The notes below the pieces were generated by a model. The model made no database searches and was not told the DNA's origin. It saw nothing but the letters and a program-made list of their open reading frames with translations. The position numbers and the translations under genes were made by a program. A stretch of 64,000 nucleotides of DNA. Source: Botryllus schlosseri. Lineage: Eukaryota. The DNA lies in NCBI GenBank assembly GCA_051294905.1, contig CM119372.1:1054001-1118000 (forward strand). The letters run 5' to 3'. Of the stretch, positions 36,302 to 49,893 are shown piece by piece. Each line of letters starts with the position of its first letter. Position 1 is the first letter of the stretch.

Positions 36302-39300
36302 ATGAAATGTTTTCTCGCGAGCGCTTTCCTTTGCGGACTGGCGACCGTCGCTATGGCGGAAGGTGGGTCGACGCCGAATTTGCAAGTAGCAAAGAACATG
36401 GTGGCTATTGCTAAGGACGCCGTGGAAAAGGTCAAGCAAAACAGACCATGGACAGCTATTGCGAGAACATACTTCGAAGAAAACAAGTAAAGATTCAATT
36501 TGTTTCGCGTAGATAAGGGTTTTGTCTATATAAGTTGGAGGTTAGCCCACGTATGCTGGTTTGGCCTCAAGAAATTATTACAGATCTATGTTCCAATACG
36601 AGTTGGACTACTAGAAATGTTCAGTTTTTCCAAACTAGATTGCAATTTGAATTGTAGCTGCGCAGATTTTTCCAGATTGTATTAAATTACTGATGCGTAA
36701 AAAATTGTAATAGGAATTAGAAAGAAATACAACGAAAATCAAGTTCATTTCATATAAACTCAGATTTCATATTCTTAAGCATGAGAATGTCAAATTATTA
36801 TACATTTTAATAATATATTCATATCATAAATATATTAGCCTATTAAAATGTATAATAAAGTTCTGTACCCCAAAAAGTCTCTTCGAATGTCAAATTTCTG
36901 TACACGGAGCTGGATTTGGTGTAGAATTCTCCCAGAGCATTTGCAGGAAAACCGGTAATTAGATTAGGAATAATTTGGAGCAGAAACCTTTCACAAATTA
37001 GATTCTAATTACTACCGGCATATCGCTCTTATAGTATAATTAGTCAACGAGAATTATCTAGTTTTCAAAGTCTGGTTGCAATATATCTATAGATATAAAA
37101 TCTATCTCAAGCCACTGCAGAAACTACAGCATAAAGTGCTCCGAATCATAGCTAGGGCCCCAAAGGGGCCTGGCTGCCCATCCAATAAGTCGCTGCTGAA
37201 GAGATTCGGCGTCCTAAACATAGAAGATATGCGGAAACTAGAAATCGCCAAGTTTATGTATCAGTTTCACTGCGGTCGTTGCCCCGAATATTTCAATGAC
37301 TTCTTTACCCCTGAATCAAAAGCGCACAAGTACAACACACGCGCGTCCACGTCGTCCAAATATCATATGATCGACCGAAAAGATCATCGCTCCATCAAAT
37401 ATGCCGGACCTGATGTGTGGAACAGTATCCCGCCGGCCATCCGACAGTCGACGAGCATGTCCACATTCAAGTCGAAATACAAGCAATTACTACTAAATAA
37501 ATACAGTCCATCCTCAAGATTACCGGACCACGACTGACCTATCGATCTCGCTTCCAATGACATGCCGCCCTATTTCTTGTCGCTTTCTTTTTCTATACTG
37601 TATTCTTTACTTTCATTCAGTGTGCATGCCTCCTCTTTACTACGCCTAGGCCAAGGTGGGTGTCCGATTCCATTGACAAATCCAAGTCGCTTCGACATCT
37701 TCCTGTCTATTCATTGTATCGCATTTTTTGTGGTGTATTGAACTGATAAAATTGCTAATAAACCAATGATGATGATGAATGTCACGCACGCCGTGACTGT
37801 TTGAAAATTTGGCAGATAATGGTATACACGCCTGATTCAAATGATTTGAATGCGAAAGCATATGAGTGTGGCTAATGTGTGCGATAAAAGAACGGCTCGT
37901 GTCGTAATCTGCTATATATCGCAGAATAGGATCGCGGATAGGAACCTACCAAAATCCCAGCATATATTTGTAGCAAAAGAATGGCCATGGAGTCTCCCCT
38001 GCTTCAGAAAATCATGAAGATACGGCCGATGCCATTGGCGAGAGCGATCTTTAGGAGGATTCATTTCCTCGCGTTACATTGGGGGCCATCTCCGCAGAAA
38101 TCCCGCCATAGGTAGGCTAATAACGAATTTATTGAAATGCGAGAATCATCCCGTATATTTAGATCCAACAAGTGACCGACCAACATCAGATTGCTATTAA
38201 ATATAGGTCTGAGCACAATGATTCCAGTACTCGAATCTGAATCGAATATTAATTCTAATGCTTTCAGTCGAGCCGTGAGTGAGATTTTTTGAGCATTGAG
38301 ATTAAGAATTGACTCATCCAGGTCCTCGATTTTGCCAAGCGTACTATCATATATCACAGACAGCCCGGACAAAGCATTAAGGAGTTCTTTGAGAGCGCAA
38401 TCAAAGGATCTGGTGAGAAAAACGGAGAAGCGAAGAAAGAGGAGAATAAGGCGAAAGAAAACGCCGCCGAGGCTGATAAGGCGACGAAATCAATCGCTGC
38501 CGTGGCAAAAAAAGTAGAGGCTGAAAATGGGGAAGCAGCCAAAGACGGGGCAAAGAAAGCAACGGAAGCGAACGCGAAGGTTTCCTATCCTATTGAACAG
38601 CGACTCCCAACTGTACGTACACTCTTAGCAAAAAGAATGAATGCGTCATGGTCTTATAGTTCACTCTGAGTAGACTTGGACAGCTATAGATAGGCTAATT
38701 CTATAGTTGCCTAATTTCACTAAATTAGAGCGAAATGCCAGTAATCTAATTTTAATCTAATTTTTGAAATGTTTTTATGCTCTAATTTTAATTCTAATCT
38801 AATTTGTGGAATGTTCTTATGCTCTAATTTTAATTCTAATCTAATTTATTGTTATGCTAAAAATGCCTCTTTGTCCGATGCATTTTGCAGCGAGTTAACA
38901 AGAATATATATCCCTCTCGCGCACGGAAATCCAGTGTCTAAGCCGCCATCTCTTTGCTTACACCTTACATAGTCGTAGTAGTCACCGTAGACTCTAATTC
39001 TAATTCTAATCTAATTTGGAAAAAGCTGTGTAGCTCTAATTCTAATTCTTATGTAATTCGGAAAGGCTGAAAATTTTCTAGTTGTCCAAGTCCGACTCCG
39101 AGGCAATAATAGATTGCTCCGGCCATCCCTTCCTGAAGCGGAGTCTTTGGCTAATTGGTCGGTGTTAATGAGAGATACTAGCATACTTCGCACGATTCGA
39201 TGCCTATTACTCGATTCGTAATGGAATCATTCAAGCTATCAATACAATACTGGTCTAGGCAAACAGTATATCTAGGATTTCCCCAATGGTCGTGGTCAAT

Positions 39301-42300
39301 AGCCCTAGGTTCTCGCAACGGAATCTTCAAACCCGTTCCTAGCATATATATGCAGTGATATTTGCAGATTCGAGCAGGGCAGGCCGGGAAAATCGACGAA
39401 GCGAAGAAAGGTGAGGATAAGGAGAGAGAAAACGCCGCGGAGGCTGATAAGGCGACGAAATCAATCGCTGCCGTGGCCAAGAAAGTAGAGGTTGAAAATA
39501 TGGAAGCAGCCAAAGACGGGGCAAAGAGAGCAACTGAAGCGAATAAGGTTTCCTATCCTTTTGAACACCGGTTCTTATATACACTAGGGTTATTCAAAAA
39601 TAATGGTTTTCTTCGAATTTTATTGTCTTTTGGTAAAATTGCCAGGCTGGTAAAAATAAAGCGCTGCACACTAAATTTTGCTTAATTCCAACATGGTTAG
39701 AATATTTTGAAGTTATTAATTTTACTGCCTACGCCCTGCAATTGTTAAGTTGTCTCAAAATACGATAAATTGCAAATTTGGCTCAATTCTGACCCGTAGA
39801 AACGAAAATACTTGAACAGTCCTTGACCCCGGCGTCCCCAGGGAGCGATTTGGAATTTGAAGGGGAGAAAAGGCTCAGGGGACTGTTCGGGGGGCGCTGA
39901 AGAAAATTGGCGTTGCAGCAGATGGTGTAGTAGGGACATAGCCTATAATAATATATTATAACATAAGTGCTACATATCGCTTCAGTTCTCATTGCAAATT
40001 AACAATCGACAAAAGCTGTCAAATCGCGAGATTTTCCGCCGCGCTATGCGAGTGTGCGTGATGCCTACAATAAAATAACCAATGCACAGAGAAGGTATTC
40101 ACAACCCCATTCACGGCGTCATTTTTAAAAGGTAATCTCTTTATGTAGTTTTTGATGACGCATTACCCTTTGACGGACCTCCTAACTAGTTCGGGAACCC
40201 CAGTTAAAAATCCCCTAGTATAGAGTAGGCTATGCTCGGGATTTCACCGTTGTCCTGTGAGCCCGTGGTTGATAGTCCTATATTTCCGATCAAAGATAAT
40301 CCCAGAATTATCAAAGAAAAACTGAAATAACTCCACTTCTACGACTTGGAATTGAGTCAAATTTGTTTTCCATCATTTTTGAAGACAGCGCAACAATTTC
40401 ATGGGGTTGGAAGGAAAATTTGAAAAAAAAATTTTTTTGCATTTTTGCGCAAATTCAAAATTTTCAAACTGCACGAAACCCACGAATATTGGCTGGAATG
40501 AATTGAAATTTGTCTTGCGTGTATTTTTAAGGCAACCTCACGATTTAAGAACCAGCAAGATTCAGGAAAAACGGTTATTTTTGAACAGCCCTGACATCTT
40601 CGATCCCGTCTCTGTTAAGCAAAATAAATGTAATGACATTTTTAGAAACCGGAAGGACTGACCGGGAAAATCGAAGAAGCGAAGAAAGGAGAGGACAAGG
40701 AGAAAGAAAATGCCGCCGAGGCTGATAAGGCGACGAAATCAATCGCTGCCGTGGCCAAGAAAGTAGAGGCTGAAAATGCGGAAGCAGCCAAGGACGGGGC
40801 AAAGAAAGCAACGGAAGCGAACGATAAGGTTTCCTATCACATTGAACAGCGATCCCAACTATACACTCCTAGAGAAAAGAGTGTGTTTCCACACCCATTA
40901 AGGTGGTACACGAAAACGGAACCTATAGGCTATACACTCTTAGCGAAAAGGATGTGGATTCACACTCAAAGGGTGGTACACTTGAAGATTATATCTTTAT
41001 ACTCTTAGCGGAAAAGACTAGTTGCAAGGGGCCCGAGACAGGCCAATATTGAAACTAAAACTATCAAACAATATTGCCCTAGTCCTAAAAGTATCCGAAC
41101 ACACGATCAAAAATACTTTTCAAAACTACTTATTTGAATACTTTTCTGACCGTTCAACTTATAATTCCACTTGAAGTTGTTTCGATATGCCTTGTAAATC
41201 GCTACGTCTTCTTGAAATCGAGTGGAAAGTCATGGCGTTACATCGACTTTTACTCGAGTAGCAACGGTGACTATAATTCAAATAGTCCCCCCGGGTTGAA
41301 TTTTTTAACAAAAAACAATTTATAACAAACATGTTTAAAACAAGGCCCTTGTTTAAAACATGTTTTTTAAGTCATGAAGTCACAAATATTCAATTGTGAC
41401 GTCATTGTGATTTGTCATTGACCATTGAAAATATAGAATAAATATATAAGCTCCTTTGACGAAATATCCGTACTATTGCTGTTGAACCGACCATTTTGAG
41501 GGTTCCATCCATCCCATATCGATATATACGTCAGCTATATCGGGTGGTAATTGTCCGTAGGCTCATACAACATGTTGTTTGGAAAGTATTTGCATCATTA
41601 TGGCATAAGTTTACAACTTAAAAATAACACAATTTTTTTGAAAAGGCCTTTGTTCAAAACACAGGGTAAAACATGTTTTAAACAAAGTGTTTTAAAACAT
41701 CGTTTGTTATAATTGCAACCCTACCTCTGACAGTAAATATTATTCAATGGTTTGTCTATGGCCTCACAACTTATCAAGTGTGACCAAATTGCCAAGGTTT
41801 CCGAGGCGAGTAAAAAAGTTGAGGCAGTGAAGGCAGAAATCGAAGAGACCGCGAAGCTCGAAAAAGAATCAGAAAATAAAGCCGCAGAAGCCGCCGCCAC
41901 CGAAAAAGCCAAGACAGAGGTGCGTGCTCATGCTCACTGGTCGCAAATCGTAGCAATCTCCTAAACCCACAACTAAGGCAAGGCACAATGATTTGAGTAC
42001 TCGAATCCGAATCGAGTAGTGATTCAAATGATTCGAGTCGAGTATAGAAGGTTTGTCGAGTACTGAAGATTGTGCCCTCCTTTCCACAGAGTTATCTAGA
42101 ATTGCAGTTTCAATATGCCCTTTTTTCCCAATGTGTAAGCCTTGAAACCTCAATTGGTCGTGTGGATCATCCAGCACCTGTCGCATAATGCTTTGTACAT
42201 TAGGGGTGTTCAAATTGACTTTTTTCTCAAATCGCACTAGCTACTTGATAAAATTGTTAGGTTACCTAATTTAAGCCTACATACCAAATTTGGTTCAATT

Positions 42301-44887
42301 CCAGCCAGTAGCCGCATCACTACTGGAGAAGAGAGTTTCTATTTAATATATCAAATAAATAAACAAAAATTCCAAAATTTTCTGTTCACCCCATGAAAGT
42401 GTTGGGTTGTCTATGGAAACGATGTTCACCAAATTTGGTTCGATTCCAACCAGTGGATACGGAGTTATTGCCGTCGAAAAATTTGGATTGTCAATAAAAT
42501 ACGGTTTACGGTGACCAATTCTTTAATTATTTATCATAGGTGTGCCCACCGTAAATACTATTCTATTCATATCCAAATTTATCGACGGCAATAACTCCGC
42601 TTGCACTAATTGGAATGGAGCCAAATTTGGTGAACATCGTTTCTATACGCAACCTAACACTTTCATGGGCTGAACAGAAAATTTTGTAACTTTTGTTCAT
42701 TTATTTTTATATGATTATTAGAAACTTTCTTCTTCTGTAGTAATGCGGCTACTGGCTGGAATTGAACCACATTTGGTGAGTAGGCATAAATTAGGTAATC
42801 TAACAATTTTATCAAGTAGTCAGTACAATTAGACGAAAAAAGTCATTTGTGAACATCTCTATTGTACATTACTGGAAATGATATTTCTGTGTGAAGTAAT
42901 CAACCCACCGCATTGTCACAAAGCGCATTGAAATAAGTACGATCGAAAGCACACATGTAGTGTAGAACTGGCGTTCTTTCTTTTGAGGTCGCATAAAAGT
43001 ATACATTTCAACTTTATATATAACCCATCTCGTCTAATACTCGATTAAGAATCGAATCGCTGACATAATCATTCATTTTCATAGTAGTCGTTTTATGTTA
43101 TCCTTCATTCCTTTCCATCCAGTGTGCATGTCTTTTATTTAAATCGCCTAGGCCTAGGCCTAGCTGAATGTCTGATTTCAAAGACCGCTCCAATTCATCT
43201 CGACACCTTCCTATCTTTTCATCGTATCGCAGTCTTGTGGTGTTTCGAAATGATGAAATTATTAATAAACTTTCGCCCAAAGGTCGGCGAAAATGAAACT
43301 CATGACAAGAAAGACAAACCAGACGAAAAGAAACCACAAGAGGAAGAGAAAAAGAAGGAAGAATTGAGAAATGCGGTTCAAAAGGCGGCAACCTCCGCTA
43401 AGGCAAAGCTAGAGGTCTGAATGAAACTTTCATCGAAATGGAAGCTCGTCATATTATAGCAGTGGTTCTTAACCTTACTAACCTGGCGAACCCGTTCGCT
43501 AATCTGTAAGTCTACGGCGAACCCCAAATTTTGAGCATATAGTCACCATACCACATTATACATCATATAAATCACTCTAGAAATTAGGGTTACCATACGT
43601 CGACCTTTAAGAGGATTGGTCCTCCATTTTCAGGAAATCGAAAATGTCCTCCGCATATACGCCTGAATGTCCTCGTTTTCGGCAATTCGTCCTCCTCTAT
43701 AGCTTTGACAGTCATGCGATTGTACAGGTACAAACAATGACACAAATGACGCGAAATAATCTGGAATGTGGACGTTCGAGCGGGTCTTTTTTGTTTTGGT
43801 CAACTCAAAAGTATTTCCCGTGAACATTTTCAAATTGCCCGTTTTCTCGTCCGATATTATAAAATCTGTGATTTGTAAAACGGGTCCTCTTTTCAGGGTC
43901 TCGAAATATGGTAACCCTAACAATATTCAATATGCGTAAAATACAATGTTAAAGGAGCAAAATGATTTTCACTCCAAGTAAGAAGGTTATCAGGAATGTG
44001 GCTGACGCTGTATGGGTAGAATATTTGTCTTGACCTCTAGCGAACCCCCGAGACTGGGACCCTGGTTAACCAACCACTGTATTAATGCTTCATCAAATTC
44101 AGTAAAATTATAGATGGTCAAATTAGTCAAGTATTCAAATAGAAGTAGAAGTAATGTCGTAAAGTAGAAGTTGCGATTCTCAAGTATGTAATAAAGTAGG
44201 TATTCCAGGCCAACACTTTTGCCTAAAAACCAGAAACCTGTGAAGTCGAAGTAGTCTAAAATCATAACCACTCGAGATTTTATAGATATAAATTTCAGCC
44301 CATATGGTTGTAATGACTCGTAATTTTTCGTTGACTCGACTTGCACTCGAGTCCTTGCGCATGACTCGACCAGGTAGTATGAGTCGAGACATTCCACATG
44401 ACTCGATTCAAGTCTCATGTATCAGGACCGAAACTTGCCAAACAGGCGCAGAAAGCCAATTTTATTTGTTTGAATAAACATGTTAAGACTGAGAAAAATG
44501 TGATATTATGAATCCGAGTCCTTCAATGTCGCCCAAGAGGTTTACAGAAATGAGTTGAACCTGACTTGAGATCGATAATGAACAGTGAACTACTATGTCA
44601 CTTGGACTCGGACTCAAGTCTTAACACCATGACTTGGACTAAGGCTTGACTCTGTGGTGAATTGAAAATGACTCGACTTGACTCGAGTTAAAACTATAAA
44701 AGTCAAATTGACTTGTGACTCGGAACCTTCTGACTTGGTTACAACCTTGCTTCAACCCTTTCTCCAGGGATGTTCGATTTCTGCTTTTCTTTACACACTG
44801 ATGCTCTGTTTTAAGAGCATGAAGAATGATATGCAGAAGCTGGCTAACAACATCCTCAAAAAGATTAAAAGAAAGAAAGACTTTTAA
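36302..44887 (+). CDS. Secreted Lys/Glu/Ala-rich repeat protein (coiled-coil/LEA-like), ~364 aa, 7 exons
   Basis: Exons 36302-36486, 38360-38579, 39368-39547, 40646-40828, 41797-41919, 43283-43414, 44816-44887 (1095 nt, phases consistent). Signal peptide MKCFLASAFLCGLATVAMA. Exons 2-4 encode near-identical ENAAEADKATKSIAAVAKKVEAENxEAAKDGAKKATEAN units. Confidence 0.75.
37095..37777 (+). mobile_element. CR1/L2-group LINE 3' end with (TGA)n tail
   Basis: LQHKVLRII...HKYNTR...SIKYAGPDVWNSIPPAIRQSTSMSTFKSKYK C-terminus plus 3' UTR ending AATAAACCAATGATGATGA. Near-identical copy at 49498-49893; shorter or older copies at 33780-33880, 35950-36073, 43145-43270, 53600-53760(-), 54110-54240, 58250-58800(-), 60740-60850 and 62450-62560(-). 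Confidence 0.85.
38668..39097. repeat. Abundant AT-rich MITE family with AGACTTGGACAACTAGA ends and TCTAAT repeats
   Basis: The same terminal motif and TCTAAT/ATTAGA-rich body occur at ~1315-1680, 19770-19920, 26650-26960, 29180-29370, 30205-30500, 32770-33140, 36600-37073 and 63150-63740. Confidence 0.7.
42201..42861. mobile_element. Palindromic foldback MITE, related family
   Basis: Long inverted arms; 8-bp TSD TTGTACAT. A half copy of the same family lies at 17021-17810. Confidence 0.8.
44304..44750. repeat. MITE family with GGTTGTAA TIRs and GACTCGAGTC subterminal repeats
   Basis: GGTTGTAATGACTCG...TTACAACC ends; related copies at ~2690-2880, 20120-20225, 24125-24278 and 29380-29812. 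Confidence 0.65.
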
Positions 44888-46004
44888 AGCGCCTGGCCGA
44901 CTACTAGGACCCGCGATGAGGACTTCGGTAATACACTGAGTACTAGTCTTCTTCCGACATAACTTTTTTCGTCTAATTTCACTGGCTAGGTTGGTTAAAA
45001 AAAAACGCTGAACACCACATTTGACTCAATTTCAACCAGTACAAGCGAATTTTAATGGAGTGCAATAGTTTGGATTTGAGGAAAATAGTATTTACGGTGG
45101 GAAATTTTTCAAGGGAACTAGCAAGTCAGGATTTTAAATTTCAATTATTTAATATTGGATGCAAATTTTAACATGGTAGGCCATAGTCTTACCCCATGGC
45201 CTTAATTATGAACTGTAAATCTACTCTACTATTACTTCAAATCCAAAATTTTGAGAACCGATAAATTCGCTTCTATCGGTTCGAATTGACCCAAATTTAG
45301 TCTGCAGTGTTTTTTTTTATACATCTTATGAATTTCATCTGTAAAAAAAATTAATTTTTAATATATTAGTTTTTTTTCAACTCCGATAGCTTCGCTTCCA
45401 TAGGTTGTTTTTAAGCCAAATTTGACGTTCAGCGTTTTTATTAGCAACCTAACAATTTTATTGAATAGCCAGTTAAAAGAGAGTGAGAAAAAGGTATTAT
45501 GAATCCGAGGTCTTCTATATCACCTAAGACGGGGGCGGGCAACTTCTCCAGTCGGCGGGCCGGATATAGGAAAATTAAGTACTTGGCGGGCCGGATTGCT
45601 GGATCGATACATTATTCGCCCATTTATCCACATCTGCAAGGAATAAATCGTATTTAACGAATTCATTTTAACGATGGCAATGTCGCTTCAAAGCCATTTC
45701 TCGTCGATAATGACGAAGACAATGTGGATTTGAGAATAGCATTGTCATACAGGCGCCACCATGTCTGCTTCTATCTGATCAATCAACACACGGAGCAATC
45801 CTTGATTAAGATTTCAAGGCGTTAGATAATCCCGGTACCCCTAATTTACCAAGATATAAATTCATTGGGGTTGAGTAGGTGACGCGATAGCGTCGTTGTT
45901 CAACAATCTCGATATTGAATTAGCGGTCCACGGCCTCTACGAAATTTGAAAAGTGGCCCGCGACCCTTTTTGAGTGGGCGACCGCTGGTATAAACCGTGT
46001 CTTA

Positions 46005-46407
46005 CTAGGGTTACAATACGTCCTCTTTCAAGAGGATTTGTCCTCTTTTTTTACTTTTTAGAAAGTGTTCTTAGAGGACGCCCAAATGTCCTCTTTTTTG
46101 AGAATTTTAGTTGAATATATGGCAAAATCGACTGAGATACAGTAATTTAGCAGCGAAGTAACGCACCAACGGCTATTTCGGGAGATGAGCCGGAAAGTTG
46201 ACCCTTTTTTTAGTCAACCAACTGATATTGTGATAGGAAAAACTGTATTTTGGGCGCTGAGCGAGAAAGTTGACCTTTCTTTATTTTAGTCAATCGACCA
46301 CGAAGTGGGAAAAATTTATTATTTTTCAGGATTTTCCTCCGGATTTGCAAGTCTGAAAATCTTGAAAAAGTGTCCTCTTTTTAGATTTCCAAAATAGGGT
46401 AACCATA
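46005..46407. mobile_element. hAT-type MITE (same family) inserted into a SINE remnant
   Basis: Degenerate TIRs with flanking GTCTTAC duplication; the flanks match the SINE body seen at 6695-6787. Confidence 0.7.
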
Positions 46408-48675
46408 CGTCTTACAAAAGCCTAGAAGTGTGCCGTGCTAAAAGTCGGCGGTTAAGGAATGAAAAATAAGAAATATCAGCCTGGTGTAAATGACCGTTGT
46501 AGTCGACAAACACCATAATTACCACAAACGACATTAGGGCTGACTGCATCGTAAATGCCGATAATGCGAGTCTTCTCGCTTCGACGTACTTACGCGTAAG
46601 CTCCACTCTCGCACGCGTATATCATAACATACATACAGTCACTAAAATTGGACGTGGTAAGCAAGTAGTGAGAAATCTCGGCAGACTGGGGTAACTTGCC
46701 ACACTATCATGTAAGACGGAAAACTCCCCGCGGGCCGGACAAAATCCCTTCGCGGGCCGTATGTTGCCCGCCCCTGACCTAAGAGTTACACAGACGTGAG
46801 TTGAACCTGATAATGAACAATAAACTCGGTTGCAAATTGAAAATGACTAGTCTTTAATCGAGTTAAAATTACGTTGGTTGCAACCCTTTCACTTTCAAAC
46901 CTTGCTTTTTAACAGACGGGAATCTACAACTTTATCTGTATAAAATTGTCTCCAAGAAAGCGGATTTCAACACGTTTGCAATCAGACTCCGATATACGAC
47001 TTAGACTATCCGGTACTATTATGCTGACATAACTGGTGTCACGAATATATTAATAAAACGATGTGAAATTAACCCGAATATTTTCGGCTGACACTATTTC
47101 GATATGAATGTATGATTTAAACAATACAACAGTTTGCTACTTGCCGCATGGAGTCACGTCAACATCGTAGTGTATAATAGGTGCGTCATCTTTTTCCACG
47201 AAGTGTGTAGGAAACAAGGTGTAGAAAGTTCAGGTTGTTGATTCCATTGCTTAGAAATTCCAAACGTTCTGGGAACTGTACAAGATCACGTTCAGTTGTC
47301 GGTATTGTGAAGTTTTACGCACGTCACCGTTAACTGCGCCCACAATGAGAACCAGAGAGGAAGCGACTCCGACTTCAGGATTAGGAAATAATCATTCTGC
47401 CACCTCGATGTGCAGAGGACAGACTTGTACAAACTACCAATATAGCCAGTTGAAGGTCAGCTAGCTGCTGTTTTGAGTCGTTCTAGTTCTAGTTGCGCAT
47501 ACAAAATACTTCGTTTCGTAACTACTAGAAAACACTTGTAGTCGTTTGGTGTGAATATTGATACAGTGACACAGTGATGCGCGGTCAGGGGAGGCAAGTG
47601 GGGCAGTGCCTCATCTGTCGCCATGACAAGTAAAAGAAAATTGTTACACCATCAACAATCATAATAAACCGAAAATTATATTTATTTTCCATCGATGTTC
47701 ATAAATTACTAATTTCGAAACATTTTAAACATATATATAGAACCACGGACATATTATATAATCGTTCAAAAATGTGAGGCACAGGCCTTATTGCCTGTGA
47801 TAGCGCAATTTATGATCATAAACAGGTGATAGTTTATTATTATTTTTATCATTATTATTACATTGAATGCTATTGTGGCACTATTTCCGAAAATCTAAAT
47901 AATAATAAAGGTATAGCACCCATAGGCACCGACTATTATTTTTTCAAGGGGTGGCGGCAGGCGCGTAGCCAGGGGGTGTCGAAACCCCCTCCTTTTGTAA
48001 CTCAAAACCCCGTCCTTTTGAAATGACCATTCTGACGCTAATATTCAGTTGCAATTCAACAAGTCGTATTATCAGTGTCACGCGGGACGGCGACCAATAA
48101 GCGAGATTCGTCTGTGCACGCATATCGCACAATGTAACGCGCGCTCGGCATTCGTCTCTCGACTGAGCAGTAACACCGCGCGACAATTCTGGAACACGCA
48201 AGACCGACAAGAATTATGATTACAAACGCGCACGGCCAATCAGTAATTATCCCTTACCGACAACACAGTGGGTTTTTACCTAGTATTCAGTAGCTCGCAT
48301 CGCTACGATTGGTTGCTGATTAAAACATCGATTTTGACTGCATAGCTGCATTTCCCGATTTACGTTCGCAAAGCATAACAGGATTAATATTATAGGCACT
48401 GGAATAAATTCCAACTAGCAGGCACTCACAATAAAACACTGTTGAACTTTGCGCTCCGAGAATATTTATCACAACAATGGTTCAGAGAATATTTTAACGC
48501 GGCTTGCGGCCCTCATCGATGCGAATAATGCACTTTAATCCATAGAAGGTGAACTGGACTGAACTGAACGTATATCTGGTCGTCAAATCGCGATAGAAGG
48601 TGGTGTTACTCAAAGCGCGCGATGAAATATACGTTTTTAACGATGAGGTAGAAATTGTACAATTACATCTAATAA

Positions 48676-49020
48676 TAGGCTTACCATATTTTGGAAATCT
48701 AAAAAGAGGACACTTTTTCAGAAATTTGAGACTTGCAAAACCGGAGAAGAATTCTCAAAATTCGGTGAACTTTTCCCAATTTGTGATCGGTTGACTAAAA
48801 AAAAGGTAATCTTTTTTCTCAGAGCTCAAAATACCGTTTGAGCGTCACTGCTGTGCTAATTTACGGCATATCACTCGCATTTTGCTCTAAATATGACCTA
48901 AATTTTCAAAAAAGAGGACAAAATCTCAAAAAAGAGGACAAAGGGCGTCCTCCGAGGACACTTTCAAAAAAGTCAAAAAAGAGGACAAATCCTCCTAAAA
49001 GAGGACGTATGATAACCCTA
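48676..49020. mobile_element. hAT-type MITE (same family)
   Basis: TIRs TAGGCTTACCATA / TATGATAACCCTA, near-perfect TSD (T/A)CTAATAA. Confidence 0.8.
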
Positions 49021-49497
49021 ACTAATAAGGATCGTTCGTTTGCTGAAATGATCATCAGTACGCTGTGCGAAATACATAGTAGTGATCAGTTTTATTAGAC
49101 TTGTACAATCGGCAGGCAAGGTTGCGCTGATAACGAAATTGCAGACATGCCACAAACCTGCAATGATCACAATTACAGGGTGCGCTACCTAAATCCCAGA
49201 TTCGACAATGGCAACGAGCACAATTTGAAATAGATACATAAACGCAGACAATATTACACGCAAAGAACGTTACTGTTTGGAGAAAGTGTTTCTGCGGACG
49301 GTAGCAGGCCTGCATGCGGACGCGCTAAATCAAAAAAGGCAAATTTCCGGCTCAGCTCCCGAAATACCCGTAAAAGCGTTATTTCGGTGCTGATTTACGG
49401 TGTTTAAGTCGAATTTGGCCGTGTATTTCACCAAAATCGAAAATACTTTCATGAAAAATCGAAAAAGTTGCATAAATTTGCAAAAAGTTGCATGAAA

Positions 49498-49893
49498 AGA
49501 TCATTGTTCTATCAAATATGCCGGACCTGATGTGTAGAACAGTATCCCGCCGGCCATCAGGCAGTCGACGAGCATGTCCACATTCAAGTCGAAATACAAG
49601 CAATTACTACTAAATAAATACAGTCCATCCTCAAGATTACCGGACCACGACTGACCTATCGATCTCGCTTCCCCTGACATGCCGCCCTATTTCTTGTCGC
49701 TTCCTTTTTCTATACTATCTTCTTTACTTTCATTCAGTGTGCATGCCTCCTCTTTACATCGCCTAGGCCAAGGTGGGTATCCGATTCCATAGACAACTCC
49801 TAGTCGCTTCGACATCTTCCTTTCTTTTCATTGTATCGCATTTTTGTGGTGTATTGAACTGATAAAATTGCTAATAAACCAATGATGATGATG
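49498..49893 (+). mobile_element. LINE 3' end, near-identical to 37380-37777
   Basis: Direct sequence match including the (TGA)n tail. Confidence 0.85.

Noticed and set aside
48838..49098. Recurrent Lys/Arg-rich ORFs (KKEDK...KRGRM) at 48838, 51098, 53139 and 61413
   Set aside because: Translations of AAAAGAGGAC subterminal repeats of a MITE, not genes.
47130..49330. Coding-looking stretches near 47150-47400 and 49098-49230
   Set aside because: No consistent splice-phase chain or recognisable motif could be built.
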